From contig NC_086097.1 in assembly GCF_963921235.1 (NCBI RefSeq), forward strand, positions 242,856,001-242,920,000: a stretch of 64,000 bases of DNA, in the 5' to 3' direction. The notes below the pieces were generated by a model. It saw only the letters and a list, made by a program, of their open reading frames with translations, was not told the origin of the DNA and made no database searches. The position numbers and the translations under genes were made by a program. Numbering within the stretch: the stretch's first letter is position 1; each line of letters starts with the position of its first letter. Below, one piece after another: positions 50,251 through 64,000 of this stretch. The DNA comes from Mobula hypostoma. Taxonomy: Eukaryota.

Positions 50251-50455
50251 GACCATAGGGCATAATTAGGCCACTCAGCCTATGAAGTCTGCTCTGCTAT
50301 TGCACAATGATCGATTCAGGAAGAAGCTGCCACCAGTGAAGCTCACTACCTCAGGTGACAGTCTACAAAACTGTTTCTTTCACTTCTACATTTTCTTTTT
50401 CTTTATAATATGTTTCTGATCCTGTTGGAGCCTGCATTCTACAGTTTGTTGGTGT

Positions 50456-51195
50456 GTTTTCAGGCTCATTCGTACCATTGCCAAAATCAAGTTGTTTCTC
50501 TCTTTCAAAGATCTCGAGAAAGTCATCCACGCCCTTACATCCTCCCGCTTGTACTATTCCAACTCCCTGTGTACTGGGATTAGTCAGTCGTCCCTGGTCC
50601 AGAACGCCACAGTCAGGCTCCTGTCAGGTGCCTGGAAGAGGGACCATATCACTTCTATCCTGGCCTCTCTCCACTGGCTACCAGTATGGTTTAGAATTGA
50701 TTTTAAGGTTCTCCTCTTTCTTTATAAAGCTCCAAATGGGCTGGCCCCCTCCTATATTGCAGACCTTCTATCCCCTTATTCGACTTCCAGGTCCCTCGGG
50801 TCGGCTGACGTGAGGCTCCTGGCTGTCCCGTGATCTAAATTTAAGTTCAGGGGTGATCGCGCCTTTGCTGTTGTAGCCCCTAGACTGTGGAACAGCATTC
50901 TCCTCCCTATCAGATCTGCCCCCTCCATCGACTCTTTTAAATCCAGACTCAAAACTTACCTTCATTCACTAGCGTTTGAATCTTCCTGATGTGGCTGATT
51001 TTTGGCTTGTGCCTAGGCTCATGTGTTGTTTATTTTGTGCCTATAAACTCTGTGCTTTGTTGTTTATATCTGTGTTTCTTGTATTTGCAATTTTAGCTAC
51101 CTGTTATGGTTTGTACAGCACTTTGGTCAACATGGGATATTTTTAAATGTTCTTTATAAATAAATTTGACTTGACTTGACTTGACTTGACTTGAC
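50456..51195 (+). mobile_element. L2 LINE 3' fragment
   Basis: KDLEKVIHALTSSRLYYSNSL...RDHITSILASLHWLPV; aataaa followed by (ttgac)n tail. Confidence 0.9.
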
Positions 51196-52287
51196 ATTCA
51201 GCAATATGACCTCTGCAGTCTCCGAGATGGTTCCGGGAAGTGAAAAGCCTTGAGGTCAAGAAGCTTAGAGACAGGGCGTGAACCCTTGATTGACTCCATT
51301 TTTCACTGATCTCGCCAATTAAACCATCAAGGAAGATTGAAAACATTGAGGTGAGTGTAGAAGGTAACAGCGTGTTTAATGCCATCTACCAGCCTCTCAC
51401 TTGCTGCTGCTGAGGGAAGGTCCCTGCATTCGAATAGCCTCTCTCTTCCTCGATGCTGTCAGAAGATGGGACTGAAGTTTTGAGTGTGTGGTTGGTGGAT
51501 TGGTTGTAGTTCACATTATGATGTGTTTCAGATGGATCCTTTTTCTGTTGCTATTTTTTCTTGACTTTGAATCGGGTCGAGCTGCAGATAAGGAGCACTG
51601 AGCCGAACTGAAAATGGACTCTTTTGATTTTGTGTTTTATATTCTGTGTTTTCGCTCGTTCTTTCTTGTTGCTGTTTGCACGTTTTTTGCACGTTGGGGG
51701 GTTTGATCTTCTTGTTGCTGTTTGCGTGATTTGATTTTTGAACATGGGAAGGGGTCTTCATATTTTTCTTTGAAAGGGTTCCTTGGTTTTCTTTGTTTCA
51801 CGGCTGTCTGTGAGGAAGAAGAATCTCAGGGTTGTAGGCTGCATAGACACTTTGATAATATATGTATTTTGAATCTTTTAATTTATTATCCCTCCCAACC
51901 CCATTCTGCTGCCTCCTCCCTATAATCTATGACGCCCTGACTAATCAAGATCCTATCAACCTCCGCTTTAAATACACACAATGACTTGGCCTCCACGGCT
52001 GTTTGTGACAATAAATTCCATTGTAACGGAGAGTCCTGTATCTTGATAGAAGTGATGGACAAAATCAAACAAGATGGAGAAAACCTAATCTTAGCCACAT
52101 TTTAAACATTTCTGAATAGCAACATTGATAGAGAAATGAAATGATTGATTGGACTATCTTGAATCAAAGTCAATCAGATAACTGTATTGTTTCTCTGAAC
52201 GCCATGTCACACCAAATATACACAAGTATGCCCCCTACTGATCCTGCACAATTAGAATTGTAAATATATTGTGTAATTATCGACTTA

Positions 52288-53645
52288 GACTCCAAGTATG
52301 GTCTAACCAGAGCTTTATAGAGCTGCGCCATTACCTCGTGGGTCTTGAACTCAATCCCCCAATTAATGAAGACCAACACTCCAAACGCCTTCTTAACAAA
52401 CCTATCAACTAGCGTGACAGCTTTGAGGTATCTATGGATGTGGATTCCAAGATCCTTCTGTTCCTCCACACTGTTAACCTTGTAACTATACCTTCCAGTT
52501 TGACCTCCAAAGTGCATCACTTCACACTTATCTGGCTTGAACTTACCTGCAGCTCTGCAATCCTGTCAATGTCCCATTGTAAACTGTGACAACCTTCTAC
52601 ACTATCCACAACATCACCAACCTTCGTGTCATCTGCAAACTTACTAACACACCCTTCCAATTCCTCGTCCAACTCATTTACAAAAATGACATCCAGAACA
52701 GATCCTGTGGAACTCCACTGGTCACCGACCTCCAGGCAGGATATGCTCCATCTAAATAACCATATAACAATTACAGCACGGAAACAGACCATCTCGGCCC
52801 TTCTAGTCCATGCCGAACTCCTACTCTCACCCTGTCCCACCGACCTGCACTCAGCCCATAACCCTCCATTCCTTTCCTGTCCATATAGCTATCCAATTTA
52901 ACTTTAAGTAACAACATCGAACCTGTCTAAACCACTTCTGTTGAAACTTGTTCCACACAACTACCACTCTCTGAGTAAAGAAGTTCCCCCTCATGTTACC
53001 CCTCAACTTTTGCCCTTTAACTGTCAACTCATGTCCTCTTGTTTGAATCTCCCCCACTCTTAATGGAAAAAGCCTATCCACGTCAACTATATATCCCCCT
53101 CATAATTTTAAACACCTCTATCAAGTCCCCCCTCAACCTTCTACGTTCCAAAGAATAAAGACCCAACTTGTTCAACCTTTCTCTGTAACTTAGATGATGA
53201 AACCCAGGTAACATTCTAGAAAATCTTCTCTGTACTCCCTTTATTTTGCTGACATCTTTCCTATAATTCAGTGACCAGAACTGTACACAATACTCCAAAT
53301 TTGGCCTTACCAATGCCTTGTACAATTTTAACATTACATCCCAAATCCTATACTCAATGCTCTGTTTATAAAGGCCAGCATACCAAAAGCTTTCTTCACC
53401 ACCCTATCCACATGAGATTCCACCTTCAGGGAACTATGCACCATTATTCCTAGGTCTCTCTGTTCTATTGCATTCTTCAATGCCCTACCATTTACCATGT
53501 ATGTCCTGTTCTACTACCACCCTCTGCCTTCTGAGGGCGAGATGATTCTGAGTTCATACAATCAGATTTCCCTGGATTCCATGCCTTCTGACTTTCTGAA
53601 TGAGCCAACCGAGGAGATTCTTGTCGAATGTGTTATTAAAACCAT
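52288..53645 (-). mobile_element. Older CR1 fragment with a nested younger CR1 (about 52755-53510)
   Basis: KFADDTKVG and LVRPNLEYCVQFW; host atgctccatct...actaccaccctctgc resumes after the insertion. Confidence 0.8.
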
Positions 53646-56600
53646 ATACACCACACACACTGCTCTACCGTAATCAGGTTGTTTCAAAGGTACATTTAAT
53701 GTCAGAGAAACGTATACAATATACATCCTGAAATGTTTTTTCTTTGCAACCATCCACAAAAACAGAGGAGTGCCCCAAAGAATGAATGACAGATAAATGT
53801 TAGAACCCCAAAGTCCCCCCCCAGCTCCCCTCCCTCCCGCGCGTAAGCAGCAGCAAGCAGCAAGCAACAATCCCCCCCTTCTCCCACTGGGCTTTTGTAA
53901 CTTCACCCAGTCACTCAGAAAGCCATGCTGAATATCCCTGCTCTTCTCCAAATGCTGGGATATCCTAAGTAACACACACAAAATGCTGGAGGAACTCAGC
54001 AGGTCAGGTAGCACAGTTGACACTTGGAGCTGAGAGCTTTCATCAGGACTGAGTTGTTACTGAAGTAAGGCTCGCTGGTCTATAATTCCAGGGTCATCCC
54101 TATTACTTTTATAACCATATATAACCATGTAACAATTACAGCACAGAAACAGGCCATCTTGGCCCTTCTACTCCGTGCCGAACTCTTACTCTCACCTAGT
54201 CCCACCGACCTGCACTCAGCCCATAACGCTCCATTCCTTTCCTGTTTTTTTGAACAAATTAATATTTGCCACCCTTCAAATTTCTGGTATTATTGCTGTG
54301 GCCAGTGAGGACGCAAAGATGATCACCAAAGTTTAGCTGACAATTCCTATTTCATGATGATTCCTTCATGATTCTTATCTTTTCAATGGTCCTTTTATCA
54401 AAATCAGAACCAGGTTTAATATCACTGTTAAATTAAATAAGTAATACAAAAATAGAAATAAAAAAGTAGTGAGGTAGTGTTTATGGGTTCAATGTCCATT
54501 CCAAAACCTGTTGGCAGACGGGAAGAAGCTGTTCCTGAATCATTCAGTGTGTGCCTCCAGGCTTCTGTACCTCCTTCCTGACTGTAGCAATGAGAACAAG
54601 TCATGGCCTGTGTGAAGGGACTCCTTAATGACGGATCCCGCATTTTTGAGGCATCATTCTTTGAAGATGTCCTGGGTACTACAGAGGCTAGTGCCCATGA
54701 TGGAGCTGACTAAGTTTCCAACTTTCTGCAGCTTATGCCCATCGGTGCCACGCACCGCACCCCCACTCACATACCAGACAGTGATGCAGCCTGTTAGAAT
54801 GCTTTCCACAGTACATCTGCAGAAACTTATGAGTGTCTTTCATACCAATCTCATCAAACTCCTAATGAAGTATAGCCACTGTTGTGTCTGTTTTGCAGCT
54901 TCATCGATATGTCAAGTCTAGGATAGATCCTCAGAGATGTTGATACCCAGGGAAGGTGGGGGAAATTTCAGTTTTTCCATCGAGCTATGAGTTGTTGCAG
55001 GAAGCCATGTGCATTGAAGAAAAACTTATGAGTATTCACATTAAAATGACAAAGTCCAAGGCAGTAGGAGAAAAGCAAACACGAGGAAATCTGCAGATGC
55101 TGGAATTTCAAGCAACACACATAAAAGTTGCTGGTAAACGCAGCAGGCCAGGCAGTATCTCTAGGAAGAGGTACAGTCGACGTTTCGGGCCAAGAGGAGA
55201 ACAACAATTTACTTTGGCAATAAAATCAAGAGCAGAAGATTTGGCTGTTCAAAACAGGTAAATAAAGTATCTGAACTTTGTTCTTAAACAATCTGGTTCA
55301 GGACAGATTGACCGTTCAAAAAGATATGAAACTTTACTTTGGAAAGATGAGGAAAAATGGTGATCATAATAAGCAGACATTGAATATTCCAAAATAATAA
55401 TTATACAGTATTTCTTCTGGGTAGCCATCAACCTGATGGCATGAATATCAATTTCTCCTCTGGTAAAACATTTTCCCCTTTCATTCCCTCTTCTCCAATT
55501 CCCCAGTCTGGTCTCTAACCTCTTCAACTTGCCTATCACCTCCCCCTGGGTCCCCTCCACCTTCCCTTTCGCCCAAGGTCCACTTTCCTCTCCTATCAGA
55601 TTCCTCCTTCTCCAGCCTTTTATCTTTCCAACTTACCTGGCTTCACCATCATGTTACAGTTATCCTCCTTCCTCATTCTCCTCCCCCTACCTTCTTATTC
55701 TAGCATCTTTCCCCATCCTTTCCAGTCCTGAAGAAGGGTCTCGGCCCAAAGTGTTGACTATTCACTCATTTCCATGGATGCTGCCTGACTGCTGAGTTCC
55801 TCCAGCATTTAGTGTGTGTTGCTTTAAATAATCCATATAGCTCCAGTGTTTTTTATAACTCTCATCAAATTAAATAGTGACGGCGATAAACGTCTCCTTC
55901 ATGTTGAATGTTTCATATTAATGATGTGATTTCTGGAATTAGTTTGAAATATTTAATGAGATCCATTGTGAGAACTCAATTAATAGGCCAATAACTTGCC
56001 TGAAACAGACTAGTTTAAAGATTGATGATATTAATTTATATTGATTGGCCTATAAGACTTAGGGACTTATTCAAGACTTATGCCCTCAATATTTACCAAG
56101 CACAATAAAACACATAAACCTAAAAGAGCCCTGAAGTTGTTTTTGAAAAGAATGTTAACAACAGCAGTTTCAACAACACTCGAGAAGCTCGACACTGCGC
56201 AGGACTTAGCAGCCTGTGTAATAGCCGCCTGCCCCACACACTCAGTTGACCATTCCCCATTCAGTCACTTCAGCACTAATGCACAGTAAGAACTAAAGTT
56301 AGCACGATGGCAACAAATGGCAGTGGATGCAGCCCAGTTCATCATAGGTAAAGCCCTCCTCACCACTGAGCACGTCTACATAAAGCCCTGTTGCAGGAAA
56401 GGAACTTCCATCATCAGGGACCTCCACCACCAAGTCATGTTCTCTTCTCACAGCTGCCACCAGGAAGGTGGTACAGGAGCCTCAGGACTCACACCACCAG
56501 TTCAGTAACAGCGATTACCCCTCAACCACCAGGCTCTTGAACCAGCATGGATAACTTCACATCATCACTGAACTGTTCCCACAATCTATGGACTCACTTT

Positions 56601-57443
56601 CGAGGACTCTTCATCTCACGTTCTCAATAATTATTGCTTATTTATTTATTAGCTTGTTTGTTAGTTTCTTTTTGTGTTTGTATACTTTGTCCAGTGGAGG
56701 CTACCTCAGTAAATATACTTAAGACAAGGTTGGATAGATTTTTGCATAGTAGGGGAATTAAGGGTTATGGGGAAAAGGCAGGTAGGTGGAGATGAGCCAT
56801 GTTCTGATTGAATGGCAGAGCAGGCTCGACGGGCCAGATGGCCGACTCCTGCTCCTATTTCTTATGTTCTCTTCTGCACAATGGTTGAAAGCCCAAGATA
56901 GTGTGGTCTTCCATTGATTTTATTGTGGTTATTATTCCAGTATGGATTTATTGAGTATGCCTGCAAGTAAAATGATCTTGACATAGAAGTATTTTGATAA
57001 TAAATTTACTTTGAACTTTAAACTCATGAAGCACCTTCCAAACCAACTACCTCTAATAGCTAGAAAGACAATGGCAGCAAAATCACAGGATGACTGGCAC
57101 CTGGGGTTGCCTTCTGTAAGAAAAGATTTAACTGTGATTCCTCCTTGTATATGCTAAAATAAAATGGAAGTCTGTAAGACAAAACGGTGTTAGCCTGGAA
57201 GTGGGGTTGTTTTAACTGAAAGGAGTACATTCTATAGCCTTGGGAGTAAATAGTGATGAATACATACTTGTCTCAGGCAGCTGAGATCATTGTGTAGGTG
57301 TGGTTACCAGTTGGTGTCTTATCATAGGAAAGTACTGGGGTAAGAGTTATGTTAGAGTCTTGAAGTGAGATACAGTGGACAGGAAGGCGGTACTGTAACA
57401 GTCTGCGGAGAGCAAAGGGTACGATAAGGCACAGAGATATCAT

Positions 57444-58515
57444 ACGACCATAAGATATAGGAGCAAAATCAGGTAATTTAGTCCATTAAGCCTGTTCTGC
57501 CATTTCGTCATGGCTGATCCATTTTCCCTCTCAGCCCCAATCTCCTGCTTTCTGCCCGTATCTCTTCATGACCTGACTGATCAAGAATCGATCATCCCCT
57601 GCCTTAAATATACCCAATGTCTTGGTCTCCGCAGCCACCTTTGTCAACAAATTCCACAGATTCTCCACTCTCTGGCTAAGGAAATTCCTCACCTCCATTC
57701 TAAAAGGACACCCCTGTATCCTGACACCATGTCCTCCGGTCGTAGACTCTCTCACCATAGGAAATATCCTTGCCACATCGACTTCATTGAGGCCTTTCAC
57801 CATTTGATAGGTTTCAATGAGGTCAGCCCTCATTCTTCTGAGTTCTAGTGAGTACAGGCTCAGAGCCAGCAAATGCTTCTCATATGACAAGCGTTCCAAT
57901 CCTGGAAGCATTTTTGTGAAGCTCCTTTGAACCCTCTCCAATGTCAGCACATCCTTTCTTGGATAAGGGACCCAAAACTGCTCACGATACTCCAAGTGAG
58001 GCCTCATTACTTACTCAGTCTGCAATTTAACCTGTAGGGAATCCCATGTCCATTTGCACCTCAGATTGTTGTATTTTCTCTCCATTTAGAAAGTAGTCTA
58101 CACTTTTATTTCTTCTCCCAAAGTGCATGACCATACACTTCCCGACATTTCTCTGCCACTTCTTTACCCATTCTCCTAATCTGTCTAAGTCCTTCTGATG
58201 CCTCTCTATTTCCTCAAAACTAACTGCCACTTCACCTGTCTTTGTATCATCCACAAACTTTGCTGCATGCCATCAATTCCATTAACCAAATCATTGACAT
58301 ATGACCTAAAAAGAATCGGTCCCAACACAGACCCCTGTAGACCAGCCAATCAGAAAAGGCTCCCTTTATTCGCACTCTTTGCCTCCTGCCAATCAGCCAC
58401 TGTTTTATCTATGCTAGAATCTTCCCTGTAATACTGTGGGCTCGTAGCTTGTTAAACAGCCTCATGTGTGGTACTTTGTCAAAGGTCTTCTGAAAATCCA
58501 GGTACACAACATCCA
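57444..58515 (-). mobile_element. CR1 RT fragment
   Basis: RPHLEYREQFW...RRMRADLIETY; DDTKTG. Confidence 0.85.
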
Positions 58516-60050
58516 CACACAGTCATCTACTGCATCAAGGAAGACCCCAGTTTGTGATGATTGTTGTACCACTAGACCCAGACTTCTGGGGTCGAGAGAG
58601 TGGAAATACCCCAGTGCAATGGCTCTTGAACTTTAAAAACTCTCCTGACAGGTTTCCAGTCATCGTCCGACACGATAGACAACCACCACAGAGTTTTGAA
58701 GGGATCTTGAAGGGTATAGAAAGGGACACTTTCTTTGTGCAAGGGGCACCTCCTCTTAGGCTGAGTCACTACCAGTACTAACGCTAAGAGTTGGAGATAG
58801 AGACAAGGACATCTAGAGATTGAGACACAGAAAAAGAAGGGTTATTGTTCCCTCCAGCTATCTGCAGACCAGCTTATTCACTTGATGATATTACTTTGTT
58901 TTCTGTACGCTTATTTCATCAGTCATTTATTTTTTCTTCCTGTTGTCAACGCGAGCAGAGAGAGAATTTGTAAATCTGGCGGGAGCACAGGATACATACA
59001 TCAAAGTTGCTGGTGAACGCAGCAGGCCGCACAGGATGTTGGAAATGGTGAGGGTGGAGTGCTGCGGGAAGGGTGAGGGACAGTTGGCAGAGAAGGAGTG
59101 CCAGGGGCACAGGGTGACACGGATGCAGACACATCCAGCCCTGAGACACCAGGCAAAGGCATTTGGTTTCAAACAATTACTGATCATTACAGAACGTCCC
59201 GCTGGTGCTTTACACACCCTCCCCTCCCCCTCCCCCTTTCCCTTTTTCCCAACTATGATTCCCCTCTCCCTGCCCCCTTCCCACTCTCAGTCACAATAGA
59301 GACCCATATCAGAATCAGGTTTATCATCACTCACATATGTCATGAAATTTGTTTTTCTTTCAGCAGCTGTACAGTGTAATACATAAAATTACTACAGTAC
59401 TGTGCAAAAGTCTTGGGCACCCTGGCTGTAAACGTATGTGTCTAAAACTTTTGTACAGTGTGGTGTAATCCTGATAAATTGATTACTTGAGGTTTAACGT
59501 GTATAGTGATTCCTTTGTTTATGAATACTGACAGAAATTCCCTTGCTGAATCAGAAAAGAACACAGGATCGGATTTTCAAAAACCAGAAAGAATTTCAAA
59601 ATATTTTAAAATATTTTCCGCCCTATCTTGGAAATACACTCTGTTGCCTTTTCTCCACTGTCACTGGGTCAAAATGCCGGAACTCCCTTCCTAACAGTGC
59701 TGCGGGTATACCCACACCTCAGTGACTGCAATGGCTCCAAGTGGAAAATCACCATCAACTTCCCCAGTGCGTTTCGGACGGGGCAATGGAATGCTGGCTC
59801 AGCCCGCAAAGCCCATGTCCCTTGAATGAATAAATGAAGGGTAGCTGTCTCTTTGCAATTAGCTGCCTCGCACAAAAAGATGATGCAGGTTCAGATTCAT
59901 TTAGTTAACACACGTACATGGAAACATACAGTGGAATGTGCTGTTTGCATTAACACCCAAAGGATCTACTGGGGACAGGCTGCAAGTGTAGTCACACAGC
60001 CCGGCGCCAACGTAGGATGTCCACTGTGCTCGGCAGAACACAAGCAATAA

Positions 60051-60736
60051 GGGGAGGAGAAGATGGCGGCACGACGCAGCATGTGCGGCCCCTCCGAAAT
60101 GATATCGTATTTGTTAAGTAGGGGCCGTGCACAATCCTGATTTGATGGAGACAGATGTGAGAAGCACGGAGGAACATCTGGAGTAACTTCTGAAATGCCC
60201 GCTTCGCTGCCGCTGCTACTGTGCCATCGAGAATCTCCGGAGGGGAAGGCCCCAAATCCTCGGCTTTGCCTATTGCCTGTTGCCTGGGCTGGGGTCGAAG
60301 CGCTGGGCAGAGATGGTGCTCGGTGCTCGGTGTCGGAGGGCTGGTCGGAGGCCTGAAGTTTTCGGACGGACTCGAGTCGGCTGTGGTCGGGTGCTTCCAG
60401 ATGCTGCATCGGCAAGTTTGTGGCGCTGGAAGCTCATGGCAGGGAGAGTTTCTCCCTTCTACCGTCTGCGTGAGATGATGGGACTTTCGAGAGACTTTGA
60501 GACTTTTTTTTTACCGTGCCCATGGTCTGTTCTTTATCAAATTACGGTATTGCTTTGCACTGTTGTAACTATATGTTATAATTATGTGGTTTTTGACAGT
60601 TTTTTTAGTCTTGGTTTGTCTTGTGTTTCTGTGATATCATTCTGGAGGAACATTGTATCATTTCTTAAAGCATGCATTACTAAATGACAATAAAAGAGGA
60701 CTGCATGTCCTCATAATCTAATCTAATCTAATCTAA
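60051..60736 (+). mobile_element. Copy 3 of the about 690 bp element
   Basis: Colinear with 2974-3668, including the (ctaat)n tail. Confidence 0.8.
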
Positions 60737-61874
60737 CAGTAATAGTAAAACCAGCCCCTTTCCCCCTCCCATCCACACACACACAGTCCTCTAGTCCCAG
60801 GAGAGACTGTGTCCAGGTCTCCAACGGACTTGGACTCACAGACTCTTGACCTTCAACCTCAACAGTGGACTTGGAGACACTCACAGGCCCACTGGAAAGC
60901 AGCTTCCGGACTTCCAAATATAATGTCTTCGTTTTGCTTTTGATTTACTGGTCATCAACTGCGTACAACTGGTGATTGGTTCAATTTGGTGCACAGGCAT
61001 GAGAGCGAGATCAGCGCTTGGTAACTGGAATATTTTCTGTTCAAAGGATAAACATGCTCAGCTGAAGAGAAGCTCTTTAATTCATCTTACTGTTTGTAGC
61101 AAAGCGATTAAATGCTTGAAAACAGATAAACAGCACTACAAAAATAGCTTTCAGGCAGTAAATGAAAGATCAAGGATCAACTTTATTTGCCATATAAAAA
61201 TAGTAAAGGCATCCGTTAGTCTTGCGAGACCATGGATCTGCACCTGGAAAGTCTTCACTCTCCAGGGTGCGGGCCTGGGCAAGGTTGTATGGAAGACCAG
61301 CAGTTGCCCATGCTGCAAGTCTCCCCTCTCCACGACACCAATGTTGTCCAAGGGAAGGGCATTAGGACCCATACAGCTTGGCACCAGTGTCGTCGCAGAG
61401 CACTGTGTGATTAAGTGTCTTACTCAAGGACACAACACGTTCCCTTGGCTGGGCTTGAACTCACGACCTTCAGGTAGCTAGTCCAATGCCTTAACCACTT
61501 GGCCACGTGCTCACCATGTGCCACATACATTTAGACATATTAGGAATTTGCTGTGCTGCATTGGTCAGGGCATGGAATGCACAAAAAACACCATTCAATA
61601 ATTATAAACAATAAAGCATTCCAAGTAGGGATAAAGTAAAAAAATAAAGTTAGAAGTACAAATATAGAATAAAATGTGTGTAAATATAGAAATACCAATG
61701 AATGATGTTTAATATACAAGTCAGATCTAAGCCAGCCACAAAACCAAATGTTTTCCCTTCAAAGCATCTCTGCTGAACCAGACCTTCTTTGTGCACACTA
61801 CCAGAGACGGTCTCCCAGCTGTGTCATCTGGTAGCAGGCTCCTGCAGTCGATGCCACTTGTACGGCATTGTAAA

Positions 61875-62405
61875 TCCTACATAAAGAAAGTAACCAGAGC
61901 AGCCTTTCTATGCTTAGAAATATTGCAAAGGTACGTCTGCTTCTGTCACGCAATAATGCTGAAAAACTAAATGACGCCTTTATATTGAATAGACTAAATT
62001 ACTGCAATACACTTTTTACTGGCCTTCCAAGCAATTTACTGACAAACTTCAACTCATTCAGAATGTCGCTGCTAGGCTCTTAACCAATACCAGGATGGGG
62101 GGGGGGGGGTGGTGAAACTCTTGTACTCTGCGCTGGCTTCCTGCAATTTTTTAGGATTGACTTTAAAGTTCTCTTACTTGTTTTTAAAGCTCTTAGTGGT
62201 CTGGGACCGGAGAACGTCAGAGAATAATGTTCACTTAATAATCCTGCTTCAGCTCTCCGGTCTGCTTCTGTCGGTCTCTTAAATTTAAACCATTTCTCTC
62301 AGAAGATAATTGGCAGGTCAACTTTATAGAACTACACTCCTAAACTGTGGAACCCAATCCCTAATACTATAAAGGATGCAGACTCAGTTGACACATTTAA
62401 ACAGC
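61875..62405 (+). mobile_element. Decayed L2 LINE 3' fragment
   Basis: AFLCLENIAKVR...AEKL..AFILNRLNYCN...RIDFKVLLLVFKAL, reading across frameshifts. Confidence 0.8.
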
Positions 62406-63269
62406 CTGGCTGTATCCTGCATATGTGCCCAAGTCCTTTGCACAGTACTGTATATAAGAAAAACAGGGCCAGTCAGCTCCTTGAGGCTGCCCTGTCATTC
62501 AGCTTCGTAGGTTTCTTCTGTGCTGTTTCCCCATCGTCCTCAATTTCATGATTTCTAAGACTTGCAGAATCTGCCAGGGTTGAGAATTCCAGAGATTCCC
62601 CACCCCCAACAAGAAGTTGGAGGGATGACACGGTAAGCTAGCGGTTAGTTTAAAGGTATTAGGGGGCCAGTGTATTATAGAGTTAATCATTATGCTTGTC
62701 GAATATCTCACCACCACCGTGGCCTTGAATGTAACAGAACTAGCTGCAAGAGCTTTAATTAGTACTGTGAGAATACTATGACAGCGCAGCACTGTGGGAA
62801 CATAGTGAAGACTGCAGTGGGACTTCTGAAGAGCAGTGACAAGTGTTGACTGGTTCTAATCCGGTGGTTTGAAACGGTGCTACGTATTGGTCCACTTAAT
62901 GCAGTATTTCATATCAGTGGAAAAAGTATAGGTATCTGGGGGCGTGTGGTAGCTTTTATTGTTGGGGCTTCATCAGCTGGGTGGTACAGTAGCTCAGTGT
63001 CCAGTACCAGCAACTTGGGTTCGATTCCCGCTGCTGCCTATAAGGAGTTTGTAAAGACGTACCAGCTGGCAGGTTAATTGATCATTGTAAATTGTCCTGT
63101 GATTAGGTTAGGGGGTCAATCGGTGCCTGTAGTGGATAGAGGGGCGTTTTCCACGTTGTAGCTCAATCAGTAAATAAAAAATAAATATAAAAATGGTTGG
63201 CCATAACAGCACCGAACAGGAGCTGTGCAGCAATGAGGGGGGCCTGTGCACACCTAGATTAGTACTTTA

Positions 63270-63425
63270 ACACACACACAAAATGCTGGTGGAATGCAGC
63301 AGGCCAGGCAACATCTATAGGAAGAGGTACAGTCAACATTTTGGGCTCAGACCCCTCGTCAGGACCTCTTCCAATGGATGCTGCCTGGCCTGCTGCGTGC
63401 CACCAGCATTCTGTGTGAGTTGCTT
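63270..63425. repeat. Hairpin (inverted-repeat) form of the Penelope/MER6-like repeat
   Basis: Arms acacacaaaatgctggtgga...ggaagaggt and acctcttcc...ccaccagcattctgtgtg. Confidence 0.75.
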
Positions 63426-64000
63426 GAATTTCCAGCATCTGCAGATTTCCTCGTGTTAGTATTTTAACGCTTGCTCCGTGCTGTCCTTTTACACGTAGTT
63501 TTGCAGTTCTAAGGGGAGCACGAGGGGGAACATTCACACACAGGGTGGAGAGAACTGCCAGCACAAGAGGTGGATGCAGGGTCGAATGCAACATTTAAGG
63601 GGAATTTGGATAGACACACGGATGGGAGGGGTAGGGAGAGCTCTGGTCAGATGCAGGTCAATGGTACTAGGCAAACTGGTGATTTGGCTTGGACGAGATG
63701 GGCCGAAGGGCCTGCTTGTGTTGTAGTGTTCTATCACTCTGAACAGATCGTCCGCTTTTGCATTCCTGTGTCTCGTCGAAAAGGATCTGAGAAACTTAAA
63801 AAAAAATTATTAGACTGATCTGGGTTCAATTCCGCCACTGTCAGTAAGGAGTTTGTACGCTCTCCCTGTGACTGTGTGGGTTTCCTGCGGGTGCTCCAAT
63901 TTCTTCCACATTCCAAGAATGTATGGGCAAGTACGTTCATTGTTCACGTGGGAATAATTTGGTGGCATGCACTTCTTGGGCCAGAACAGCAGACTGTGCT

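Overview
Vertebrate nuclear DNA, most likely from a cartilaginous fish (ray/skate-like), judged from the repeat content. Most of the window is decayed transposable elements: CR1/HER1-type LINE fragments, Rex1/Babar and L2 LINE pieces, RTE-derived repeats, tRNA-headed SINEs, Penelope-type repeats, Tc1/mariner MITEs, a broken hAT transposon and a probable solo LTR, many of them nested. Almost all ORFs in the supplied track are TE fragments or noise. The main non-repeat signal, missed by the ORF track, is a minus-strand spliced gene I assembled by hand from 10-11 small, phase-compatible GT-AG exons (44182 down to 10310, possibly to 3). It follows a TATA box and encodes about 232 aa. By eye the protein aligns colinearly with the SEFIR domain plus C-terminal extension of IL-17 receptors (IL17RD/IL17RA), but it has no signal peptide, ectodomain or transmembrane helix, so it is a candidate stand-alone cytosolic SEFIR (TIR-superfamily) protein. 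The gene model and homology are manual inferences against sequences recalled from memory and need HMM, structure and RNA-seq confirmation. TE boundaries are approximate.
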